Source of the DNA: Diplonema japonicum
Lineage: Eukaryota > Protista > Euglenozoa: Diplonemea
Length of the DNA stretch: 64,000 nucleotides
Assembly (NCBI GenBank): GCA_964019335.1
Contig: OZ025748.1
Location: 1 to 64,000 of the forward strand
Direction: 5' to 3'
In this document: positions 1 to 9,580 of the stretch, one piece after another
Layout: every line of letters starts with the position of its first letter
How positions within the stretch are numbered: the first letter of the stretch is position 1
Program-made: the position numbers and the translations under genes
Notes under the pieces: generated by a model
Database searches by the model: none
Seen by the model: the letters and a program-made list of their open reading frames with translations, nothing else
What the model was told of the DNA's origin: nothing

Positions 1-2
1 GT

Positions 3-165
3 GCGGGTTTGCGGGTTTGCGGGTTTGCGGGTTTGCGGGTTTGCGGGTTTGCGGGTTTGCGGGTTTGCGGGTTTGCGGGTTTGCGGGTTTGCGGGTTTGC
101 GGGTTTGCGGGTTTGCGGGTTTGCGGGTTTGCGGGGGTTTGCGGGGGTTTGCGGGGGTTTGCGGG
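3..165. repeat. Tandem (GCGGGTTT)n array: about 16 octamer units, then 3 GCGGGGGTTT variants; open at the window edge
   Basis: Read directly from the sequence. It abuts the 3' end of the minus-strand CRE-type retrotransposon. Confidence 0.97.
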
Positions 166-3051
166 TATCCCCCTTAGGACACTCGTCCAAGGTCTGGTTC
201 ACCGCAGCGTCAGTCGCCCCTTGTCTCTTCCCATCTGCCTGGGCCTTCGGGTCAAGCCCCTCTCCCTGCCCAGCCCTCTCGCTGGATCCTGTTCCGGCCA
301 TCTCCGTGTCTTCTCCTCCCTGCGAGGCTGCTTCGAGTCCTGCTCCCGCTTTCCCTTGTGTTCCACCCTCCACCGGTTCCGCCTTTCGCTGCTGCTGCAT
401 TCGGGCGTCCAGGTCCTTCTTCGTCTGCTCCAGAAGGGCATCCAGCTGGTGGGCCACCGTGATTGGGGGTCCGCCTCCCTGTCCCTTCACTTCCCTCTCG
501 GACGACTCCTCAGCTTCGGTGGTTTTTTCATTGCCGAAGGAGTCCTCTGTGAGGTCAGTGTTGGATTCAGTGTTGGGTTCGTTGTTCGCTTCCTCGTTGT
601 CCTTTTTTTCCTCTTCGCCGTCCGGTATCGGGGGCCCTGGATCCAACTGTACAGGCCCTTTGACTAACAGCGCCCCTGCTATCGATCTCATCATGGCCGT
701 TGACACCTCTTGGACCACACGCCTGTGTATCGAGACTCTGTCCCCGTGAGCCCGCGCAGCTATGCTCCTGGACAGTTTCTTCGTGAGGTAGACTGCTGCC
801 TCCCCGAACCCCCCCAAAGGTCTCCGTCGCGAAAGGTACAAAGGCCACGCGTGTCTTGGCGAGCTCCGCCTCATACTTCTGGCGCTTGTAGTGTTCCGCC
901 TTCGCCGCTGCGTACCCCGCAGTCTTCGCCGCCTGGTTGACACAAGACTCGTTCCTCGGGTGCACGATGACCACGTCCATAGCCATTGGGCGGGAACCCC
1001 CCACCCCACCTGGGAAGAACACGTCCGCCGGGCGCTGGGACGACCCCGGGATCAGCCCCGTCTTCTCCATCGTTGCGCTCACCCCGGCCCACTGACAGTG
1101 TCTGTGGATGGTCTCCTTCACCCGGTCGTGCCTCGCAATCCTGGCGTTGCCGCATCCCTGGGCATGGTCACCCCATACGTCCATCCCCTCAGTCTTGCAC
1201 CTCGGGTCGTGGCAGCTCTCACCCTGCTTGTAGACCGGAGCCCCCAACCACCACTTGATCAGAGCCCCAAACTCGTTGTCCGACAGCTGGTTGTAGAAGT
1301 CAGGCGTCGCCGTCAACCACGCCCCCGCATAGTGCATTGACTCCGACATCAACCTCGCTCTCGAGCGTGCATCTGCTTTCGCCAAGAGGTCCTCCAGCGC
1401 CTTCTCATCAAGCACCCTAGAGAGCCACCTCTGGCTGCAGATGTGGGGGGCCTTGGCCACCATGTCGGGTGTAATCTGCATGCCGCCCTTCGTCCTGTTG
1501 AACCACTCGAGCCAGCTCCCCCATACACCCCCTTCCAGCCCATGTTCGTATTTGGGATCCAGCTCCTTGCACAGCTTCATCGTCGACGCCCTCGAAGCCA
1601 TGTTGGCCGCGCGCAGGTGCTCCTGGCAGCTCCTCATCCCAAGCCCACCGACTTTTACGGACAGTTTCGCCTGCTGCCATTCTTTCGACCCGTTCTCGAA
1701 CTGCATGCCGCACACCTTCGCCATCGTCTTCCGCACCATCTCGTCGAACCTGTGCATGACCCCTCCCACATGCGAGTCTGGGACCACTCTCATGTAAAAC
1801 ACCAGTTTGCTGTATGAGCTGCAATACCGGAGAAGTGTGTACCCTGTCTGCCTCCCCACCTTGGTCAGCATGTCGAAGTTCTCTTCCAGCGCGCCCAAGC
1901 GTTTGTTCAGAAAGGCTTGCGTGTACTCCGGCGATCCTATCGGCGCCCCCAGGAGCATGAAGTTCCTCTCTTTGTGGAAATTCTCTTCTGTCAGGCCATC
2001 GAAGCCTGTGTCCTCCACTGTCTGGGGGAGGTCGCCACTAACCCATATGAGCTCGCACTTCTCCGGGTTTCACTTTCAGCCCTATCATTCCGCTCAGCTC
2101 ACACAAGATGTTGTACGCCTTTCTCACTTCATCCACATTCCCCACAAGGACGCCATCGTCCAGGTAGAACTGGAGGATGTCCAGGTTGCAGTCTTCACTT
2201 ATCTTGTTCACCAGGGGTTGGATGGCCAGAGAGAACAGCAGCGGTCCCATCGGGTCCCCCTGTTGCACCCCTTCCTGGGACTTAATCACCTTTCCGTTGT
2301 AGTATAATTGGGAGGGCACCCTGTAGCACCAATCGGCCCACGCATACAGCCCCGACGCTTGCTCATAGGCCTGTGAGCACAGCTGCCTCCGACAAACACT
2401 GTTGAAGGCGTTGGCGTAGTCGATCTTGAGGATCACCTTGTTTTCCTGCTTGTTGCCCCGTTCCCTGTCCACATATTGCCTGATGGTGTGTATAGCCGCC
2501 TCCATTCCAGCAGGGACCGATACCCCCACCTGGCCGCCTTTCCTCAGGTACGAAGAGGCCACTTCCGGAGCGATCTTCTTCACAAGGGATTTCCCCACCA
2601 GCCGACGCAGCACATCCCCAACGGCTATGGGCCGCACGTCCCTGTCGTTCTTCTTGAGGGCCACAAGGTTCGCCCCTGCCATCAGCGGAGCCACCTCCCT
2701 AGGGGCCGTGCCTCTAGCTAATGCGTTGACTGCCCTCGTCACCGACATCAAACAGCCTTGAGACTCAAAAGCTCCGTCCACCGCGTCCCTGATGTGCTGG
2801 GCTCTCAGACCAGTCGGTCCCGCAGCAGTCCCCCTCGGGAAGTCCCTGATTGCGTCCAGCACTTCTTCTGGCAAGACTTCTACCGCTTCCTTCGTCTTCG
2901 CCGGGTTGTCCCATTGGGGGTGTAGTGGCTCTGGATGTTTGCTCTGCAGCGCTCTCCAGCAATCCTCATTGTCTTCCGCCAGCCCCTGGGCTACAAGCGC
3001 CGCGTTTCCTGCTGTGCTCATCATCCAAATCCATGGGGGGAGGGTCACCAC
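166..3051 (-). mobile_element. CRE/SLACS-clade non-LTR retrotransposon pol region (reverse transcriptase, CCHC-like knuckle, restriction-like endonuclease) with two +1 homopolymer frameshifts
   Basis: RT motifs: RPIAVGDVLRRLVGK, KIDYANAFNSV, GVQQGDPMGPLLFSLAI, FYLDDG, LLGAPIG, GGLG. Knuckle: CHDPRC...DHAQGC followed by RHD. RLE motifs: RPADVF, MDVVIVHP, KRQKY, FVPFATETFGG. Frameshifts at about 2068-2070 and 809-815. Confidence 0.92.
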
Positions 3052-3078
3052 CTCCTTGCAACGCGTCCCCTGCCAGCG

Positions 3079-5280
3079 TCAAGTCCGCAAAGGGGTCCAG
3101 GTGTTCGGCCTGAAAGAGCTTATCCTCCGTCTCAGCTCGTTCCTTCGCCGCTTGCTTGGCGTCCTCCTTCTTTTTTCTGCGTCTTGAGCTTCTAGGCGGG
3201 CCCAAGTACACCGGCAGGTAGTGACCTCTCGATCCGCGTCTTGTCTTGCGAGCTCCCCGGCGGACCATTCATCCCCTCGGGGCCCCACCTGTACCCTTGA
3301 CCTGCGGGTGGTCCTCCTGTCGCTCCCCGGCAACACTGCAGCATGCAGGAAGGAGGGGGCCATCCCGATGCCCACCCCCAGCACCTGCCTCACCCCTGGG
3401 ATCAGCAAGAGGGAGAACAGGGCGACCCAGGCCCACACCCCCAGGTGCTCCCATCTCATCCCTTCCTTGCTGTGTCCCGTCCGTCTGCGGTGCCTCCTTG
3501 CACCGGTTGCAGCCCCAGGTGCCGGGATTCTGGGTGCCAGGGGTTGGGCTCCAGGCGTTCCCACCTCGGTCAGCTTCAGCCCCATTGCAGGGTCATCTGG
3601 CTTCTGTTCCAGGGCGGCCTCGTGTTCCTCTCTGCGGGCCCTCCTCCTCCCTTCTTTCCTCGCACGACGGTGCCTTTTCTTCTCCTGTCTGGCAGCCTCC
3701 CTCGCGCCCTCCCTCGCCTTGGTCCTCTTCTCCCGACGCCTCTGAAGGGCCGTTTCGCTCCTGTGCCTCCTCCTGTTCTTCTTCCTCTTGGGCGCTGGCT
3801 TAGGTTCCCTGCCACCCATGGCAATCCAGGGGGCTCTTTTCTGTCTTCTCACAAGGGTGTGCAGTGGTGCTCTCACGTCGCTCACAGCCTCCGCCCCAAC
3901 CACACCTTGGCGGGCGGTGGGGGTGGGTGCTGGGTCCCCCTGGTTGTTTGAAAAGAAAAAAGGCTCCTCCTTGTTTGTTTTTTTTTTTTCTTTCCCTTCC
4001 ACCCTCAAAAAAAGCCCCCGGCCCTTGGGGACCAGGGTGTACACCTCCGTAGAGGGTCCAGAAAAAATGGGGGGCAGAGAGGGAGGAGCACTACCTTCTC
4101 TCGGGCGTGCTGTCTCTCCCTCTGCCTTTTTTTCCTCTGAAGAGGGTCTGTTTTTCACCTCCGTGGAGGGTCCCTCTGGGGAGGGCTCTAAAAATGAAAA
4201 AGGGGGGGACAAATGGGGGGGAGGAACACTACCCTCTCTCGGGGGTGCCACCTCTTCCCCTCTCTCTCTATTTTCCTCCGAAGAGGGTCTGTTTTCCGTG
4301 GAGGGTTCCTCCAAAGAGGGCTCTAAAAATGAAAAAGGGGGGGACAAATGGGGGGGAGGAACACTACCCTCTTTTGGGAGCGCTGCCTCTTCCCCTCTCT
4401 CTCCATTTTCCTCCGAAGAGGGTCTGTTTTTTACCTCCGTGGAGGGTTCTAAAAAAAAAGGGGGGGGTTCATTTGTTAGCCCAGGGGGTGGGTCTTCCTG
4501 GGGGGGTATGTGGGTGAGCTCGGGGCCAACCGCACGCAGGGTGATCGACACCCTGACACCAGTGGACACCCCTGACGGGATGTGGTGTGTCCACTGGTGT
4601 CTCGCTTCGCCTTCCAACAGTGCCCATGAGAAGGGGGGCACCAGGTACCTCGCTACCCTGTCCCCCTTCCTCATGACCATTGTGGTCTCAGCCCCGTACG
4701 ACAAGACTAGGATGACCAGTCCCAGTCTTGCATCGTCCTTGTGGGCAGCAATCCCACAACCAGGTCTGTACTTATTCACAAGTACCTGGTTGGGGACCAC
4801 CTTGAGCCCTGTGGTGGCAGCCACCTCCCTCACCCACCCCTTTGCCTCCCCTGGGATGCCAGTGGTGGGGCACACCTCGGCGTCCATCCCCTCCCACCAG
4901 TGCCCATGCTGGAGCGTCTCCCTCCCCGTGTTCCCTGACAGGGCCTCCCACTTCCCAGACAGCAGAGCTTCTGGGAAGGTGGGGGCAGCACCTGTCTTCA
5001 ACCTGGGGGGGTGCTCACCATCTTTCAGTATCCACCCTTCCCCCTTTTTCTTCTTTTTTTTTTCCTCTTCAACTATGGCAGGGTCGGCTGCAGAGGTCGG
5101 GCTTGCAGCAGGGGCGGCTGCAGCGGTCTCAGTTGCAGCAGGGGTGGCTGCAGCGTTCAAGGCGGCAGGGGCAGCTGTGGCGATTGTGGTTGTGTCGGTC
5201 GTGGCTGTGGCAGGGGCGGCTGCAGCGTTTGGGGCGGCAGGGTCGGCTGCAGCGTTCAGTGTGGCTGGGGCTGCTGCCAC
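3079..5280 (-). CDS. Retroelement-associated ORF: Ala/Thr-rich N-terminus, AlkB-type 2OG-Fe(II) dioxygenase domain (about 4525-5035), three tandem Pro/Glu repeats, Arg/Lys-rich tract, hydrophobic segment
   Basis: PNQVLVNKYRPGCGIAAHKDD...LSYG...EGEARHQWTHHIP...RVSITLR matches the AlkB NxY, HxD, distal H and RxSxTxR signatures. Start codon uncertain. Confidence 0.85.
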   Translation of the reverse strand: MAAAPATLNAAADPAAPNAAAAPATATTDTTTIATAAPAALNAAATPAATETAAAAPAASPTSAADPAIVEEEKKKKKKGEGWILKDGEHPPRLKTGAAPTFPEALLSGKWEALSGNTGRETLQHGHWWEGMDAEVCPTTGIPGEAKGWVREVAATTGLKVVPNQVLVNKYRPGCGIAAHKDDARLGLVILVLSYGAETTMVMRKGDRVARYLVPPFSWALLEGEARHQWTHHIPSGVSTGVRVSITLRAVGPELTHIPPQEDPPPGLTNEPPPFFLEPSTEVKNRPSSEENGERGEEAALPKEGSVPPPHLSPPFSFLEPSLEEPSTENRPSSEENRERGEEVAPPREGSVPPPHLSPPFSFLEPSPEGPSTEVKNRPSSEEKKAEGETARPREGSAPPSLPPIFSGPSTEVYTLVPKGRGLFLRVEGKEKKKTNKEEPFFFSNNQGDPAPTPTARQGVVGAEAVSDVRAPLHTLVRRQKRAPWIAMGGREPKPAPKRKKNRRRHRSETALQRRREKRTKAREGAREAARQEKKRHRRARKEGRRRARREEHEAALEQKPDDPAMGLKLTEVGTPGAQPLAPRIPAPGAATGARRHRRRTGHSKEGMRWEHLGVWAWVALFSLLLIPGVRQVLGVGIGMAPSFLHAAVLPGSDRRTTRRSRVQVGPRGDEWSAGELARQDADREVTTCRCTWARLEAQDAEKRRRTPSKRRRNELRRRISSFRPNTWTPLRT
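4045..4465 (-). repeat. About three imperfect tandem units of roughly 120 bp encoding PPPHLSPPFSFLEPS..PSTEVKNRPSSEE
   Basis: Repeated blocks visible in both DNA and translation; also present in copy 2 (about 7580-8060). Confidence 0.85.
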
Positions 5281-5582
5281 AGTCGTGCTTGCGGCCAGGG
5301 TGGCTGTGGCTGTAGGTCAAAACCGTGGTCTCTACTTGTGATTTTTGGGTTTGTGGACCTATCTACTCTGGTTCACTGCAGCTGCAATAATATGTACAAG
5401 AGGGTGTGTTTACCTGTGTAAACAGATCAGTTCCTTAATCGTATTTAAAAAAAGAAGGGGGGGGCAATATATTTTTACAGGTTGGTAATGGGTGAGTGTG
5501 TTTATGTTTTGAACAACTGTGTAAAAACAGTGCTCAGATATCAACCTGTGTAAACAGATGAGTTCCTTCCTTTCCAAGGTGC

Positions 5583-6935
5583 TCAGCTTAGAACATCCAA
5601 TGACATTCTGCATCTGGCTTTTGACAAAGTCTTTGAAATCACTTTAAAGTGATGCTCCATTGGTGCCTCAGAGGTTAAACTGCACCCAAGCATCAGTGCA
5701 AAGACAGCTAGTGTGTGAAGCATGCCAAGCTTTGAGTTCCAAAAAGCAAAAAAGTTTAATGTTGGGCTGCAACCTATTGCTAGGTACTCATCAATCTGCA
5801 TCCCCAGCTGCTGCTGATCTGCCATCATTTTTCACAATTCAGCAAACAGGACAAGGTGATCCAGCAGTGTGTTTCACAGTGTGACCAAGTCTGAAAGTTC
5901 TCCAGTTGATACTTTGGGATTCAGAAAAGTATACAACCTGATACCAAGAAACAACATGTTTCATTTGGCCCTTGCTTTGTAAACCTTGATGACTTCAGAG
6001 ACTGTGGTAGCATTGAGTGACCCCTCCTGGGATTCAAGGAATTTCTTCAAGCTCTTTCCAACAACGAAAATTCCATATGCCACCATAGCCATGCCAGATG
6101 TGTCCCCTTGCACGATCTGTTGCAACTGCAAAGGGTGTGGAAATCTGTATTGTGAATTCCAGCTCTGCCCCAAACCCTGCCTCTATGCCTGGAAAGAATT
6201 CTAGGAGATCAAGGATGGACTTCATTGTTTCGAATTCCATCTGGTCTTCGTATACGTCTTTTCATGGCATACTCCATGTGAGACCTGTACAGTGTGGAGT
6301 GCCAACTGCCCAGCTTTCAAGGTCCATCTCTTGATCAGTGTTTTCACTTTGGCTCTAATGTTAGCCAGTTGCTCAATCTTGAAGATGTCACCAAGGGCAA
6401 GTTGCATGGAATGTGCAACACAATGATATGCTAGGACACCTTTGCAACTCAGCATTGTAGTTGTATTGTTCAAAAGCTGGTTCATTCCAGCAGAGAGCTC
6501 AGTGTTGTTGGAGTTGGTGTCAGAGTTGGAGTCAAGGTCAGTGACACCTGAAGTGTCACTACTCTAATGTTGCTGCTAACATCCTCAGTGTCATCAAGTG
6601 AGAGGTTGAGTTCCACTTTGAAGTCAATGTATCTTTGCAAGCACTGCTTGCATCGCACTAGCATTATCAGCACATACTGAAAATACATGTACAACATGGC
6701 TCTGAAGTTCCAGTATCATTTCACGGATGTGGGATGAAATGACAGCAGCAGTGGCACTCACTTTTGTAAGGTCTATCATCTTGCAAAAGTAGCTGTTCTT
6801 CCCATCTGACATACTAATGCCAAGGATGCTTTGATGGTTTATTGTGGTCCCATCAACAAGTCTGTCTCCTGTCCAAGTTCAACAACACAGCTTTGCATGT
6901 GTTTCCTGTTGATTCCTTTCAATTTGCCTGCATTG
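5583..6935 (-). pseudogene. Decayed hAT-superfamily DDE transposase
   Basis: Motifs in the expected order across shifted frames: LVDGTT (first D, about 6853), CADNASAM (second D), HCVAHSMQL (CxxH), TRWNS, and C-terminal SEAPME..F...LSKARCRMS (E / dimerisation domain). Multiple stops and frameshifts. A near-identical 25-bp direct repeat lies at about 5412 and 5544. Confidence 0.8.
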
Positions 6936-6944
6936 AAATTAAAT

Positions 6945-7280
6945 ACTCACGTAGGGGCCAAGCTCCAATCTGGTAGAACCATGACTTCCCATCCAGCTGC
7001 ACAATGTACTCGTTTTTCACCACCATCTCCTTCACATCAGCAACAGATGGCAGATCAACTGATGGAGGGTCCCTCTGTGCATTGCCCACCAGTGATGCAT
7101 CCACCAGCCTCCTCTTCCCACTTGGCTTTGGAACTGTGAATGCTTTCACCACGTTTTTCACCTTCTCTTCTGTCCCTTGTTTGTTGGGGTTCCACAGATT
7201 CCACTGCCTGTGTAGTGCACAGTGTGTCTGGTTCGACGAGCATGCCACAGCACACGTTCCACAGAGGTTCACCTTCATGA
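6945..7280 (-). pseudogene. RT fragment of DIRS/Ngaro/TATE-like (tyrosine-recombinase retrotransposon) type
   Basis: KAFTVPKPSGKRRLVDA...LPSV...IVQLDGKSWFYQIG resembles the early RT motifs of LTR/YR-type elements, not CRE. Truncated against the hAT remnant. Confidence 0.65.
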
Positions 7281-8825
7281 CCTCTCAATCTGTGTCTTGT
7301 CTTCTTCAGCTTTACCAGTCCGAATCTCTGGGTCAGGCCAGCACCAGCTTTCCCCACCATCACTTCCAACATGGCCCAGAGTGACATCAGCCCCCCCTAT
7401 CCAAACTGAAGTGCTTCCCACCAGGGTGCCCCCTACCACTAGCCAAGTGAGCTCCCCAGCAGACCATTCATCCCCTTGGGCCCCACCTGTACCCTTGACC
7501 TGTGGTCCTCTGTTGCTCCCCAGCCTCTTCCACAACACTGCAGCATGCAGGAAGGAGGGGGCCATCCCGATGCCATGGGTGGAGGGTCCAGAAAAAAGGG
7601 GGGGCAGAGAGGGAGGAGCACTACCTTCTCTTGGGTGTGCTGTCTCTCCCTCTGCCTTTTTTTCCTCTGGGTCTGTTTTTCACCTCCATGGAGGGTCCCT
7701 CTGGAGAGGGCCCTATAAAAGAAAAAGGGGGGGACAAATGGGGGGGAGGAACACTACCCTCTCTCAGGAGTGCCACCTCTTCCCCTCTCTCTTTTTTCCT
7801 CTGAAGAGGGTCTGTTTTTTACCTCCGTGGAGGGTCCCTCTGGAGAGGGCTCTAAAAATGAAAAAGGGGGGGACAAATGGGGGGGAGGAGCACCACCCTC
7901 TCTCAGGAGTGCCACCTCTTCCCCTTTCTCTCTATTTTCCTCCAAAGAGGGTCTGTTTTCCTCTGAAGAGGGTTCTAAAAAAAAAAGGGGGTGGGTGGGG
8001 CACTATCCTCTCTTGGGAGTGCCACCCCCCCCTTGCCCACAAAAAAGGGGATCTAAAAAAGGGGGTTCATCTGTTAACCCAGGGGATGGGTCTTCCTGGG
8101 GTGTGTGGGTGAGCTTGGGGCCTACCACACGCAGGGTGATTGACACCCTGACACCAGTGGACATCCTGGATGGGATGTGGTGTGTCCACTGGTGTCTCAC
8201 TTCACCTTCCAACAATGCCCATGAGAAGGGGGGCACCAGGTACCTCACCACCCTGTCCCCCTTCCTCATGACCATTGTGGTCTTGGCTCCGTACGAGAGG
8301 ACTAGGACAATCAGTCCTAGCCTTGCATCATCCTTGTGGGCGGCAATCCCACAACCAGACTTGTACTTGTTGACAAGTACCTGGTTGGGGACCACCTTGA
8401 GACCTGTGGCAGCAGCCACCTCCCTCACCCACCCCTCCACCCCCCCTGGGATTGCTGTGGTGGGGCACACCTTGGCATTCGTCCCCTCCCACTGGTACCC
8501 GTATTGGAGGGTCTCCCTCCCTGACAGGGCCTCCCACTTTCCTGAAAGCAGGGCTTTCAGGAAGGCAGGGGCTGGGCCCGTCCTCAACCCAGGAGGGTGT
8601 TCACCATACACCAGTACCCACCCCTTTTTTTCTCCCTCTTTTCTTCCCTCTTCAACAATAGCAGGGTCGGCTGCAGGGGTCATGGTCACAGTGGTTGTGG
8701 CTGCAGCAGGGGTGGCTGTGGCAGTCTCAGTTGTGGCAATCAGGGTGGCAGGGTTGGCTGCAGCGTTCAGGGTGGCTGGGGTGGCTGTGGCTGTAGCAGT
8801 GGTGGTCTCTGCTAGTGATTTTTTT
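7278..8825 (-). mobile_element. Second, more decayed copy of the AlkB-containing module (AlkB domain about 8125-8625, ORF 8003-8689)
   Basis: Colinear homology with 3222-3372 and 4045-5346. NKY, HKD, WTHH and RVSITLR motifs retained. Confidence 0.88.
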
Positions 8826-9189
8826 ATTTTATTATTTTTTTGTGGTAAAAAGGTGGTAGAATGATATAAATCTTAAATTTTCGGAAGAAAGTTGATTCCT
8901 TGAAGAGAAAAAAAATTCGATAAGGTGACCACAGCTGGGAAACCTACTTCAAGGAGCATTTTGCTTATCATCACCCAAAATTAGGCCAAAATTCCAAAAA
9001 TACCATTCTAAAATGAAGCTTGATTTTGTGATTTTCAGGTGGCCATTTAGACCCTAAGGAAAATTCCTAAAGTGATTTTTGAAAGATTTTTTTCAGTCCA
9101 AGTGGGGTCAAAACTTTCCATTGGCTGTTCAAAATTCCATTTTCAAGACCAAATTGGGTGTTCAAAAAAAAATTTTTTTTTTGCCCTCC

Positions 9190-9580
9190 CAGTGTTGTTA
9201 TGAGAATGAGTTGCCCCCCAGAAATTTTTGAATTTTTACTTACTTTTTACTTCAGAATATAGTTTAGAGATGTGTATTCCACCTAAACACCTTTCTGAAC
9301 TTTTTGGTTTGCAGAAATGGGTTTTTAAGGTGTTTTTAATATAAATTTCATGATTTCTGGCTTTTTCCAGAAAAAAGATTTTGGGGTCAAAAATGGCCAA
9401 AGTGACCCCAAGTTTGGGGTCCCCTGGGAAAAAAAAATTTTTTTTTGGCCAAAAATTTCCAAAAAAGTCTGTTTTGAGGGTGCTATATGAGTGAGGGTCC
9501 CTAGAAAAAAAAATTTTTTTTTGCCCCCCCACCCCCCCAGCCCCCCCCACCCCCCCAGGTTTTTTCCCATAACAACACTG
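9190..9580. mobile_element. hAT-like non-autonomous element (MITE)
   Basis: TIR pair CAGTGTTGTTATG(A/G)GAA at 9190-9206 and 9564-9580; CAGTG start is typical of hAT. No matching 8-bp TSD seen. Confidence 0.6.

Noticed and set aside
1-165. Terminal telomere at the window start
   Set aside because: A left-end telomere should be C-rich on the plus strand, and this array is G-rich. Kept only as a telomere-like or target repeat.
9-749. Plus-strand ORFs 9-749 and 17-667
   Set aside because: Translations of the tandem repeat and antisense shadows of the retrotransposon ORF.
3788-8864. Plus-strand ORFs 3788-5341 and 7770-8864
   Set aside because: Antisense shadows of the AlkB-module ORFs; no independent motifs.
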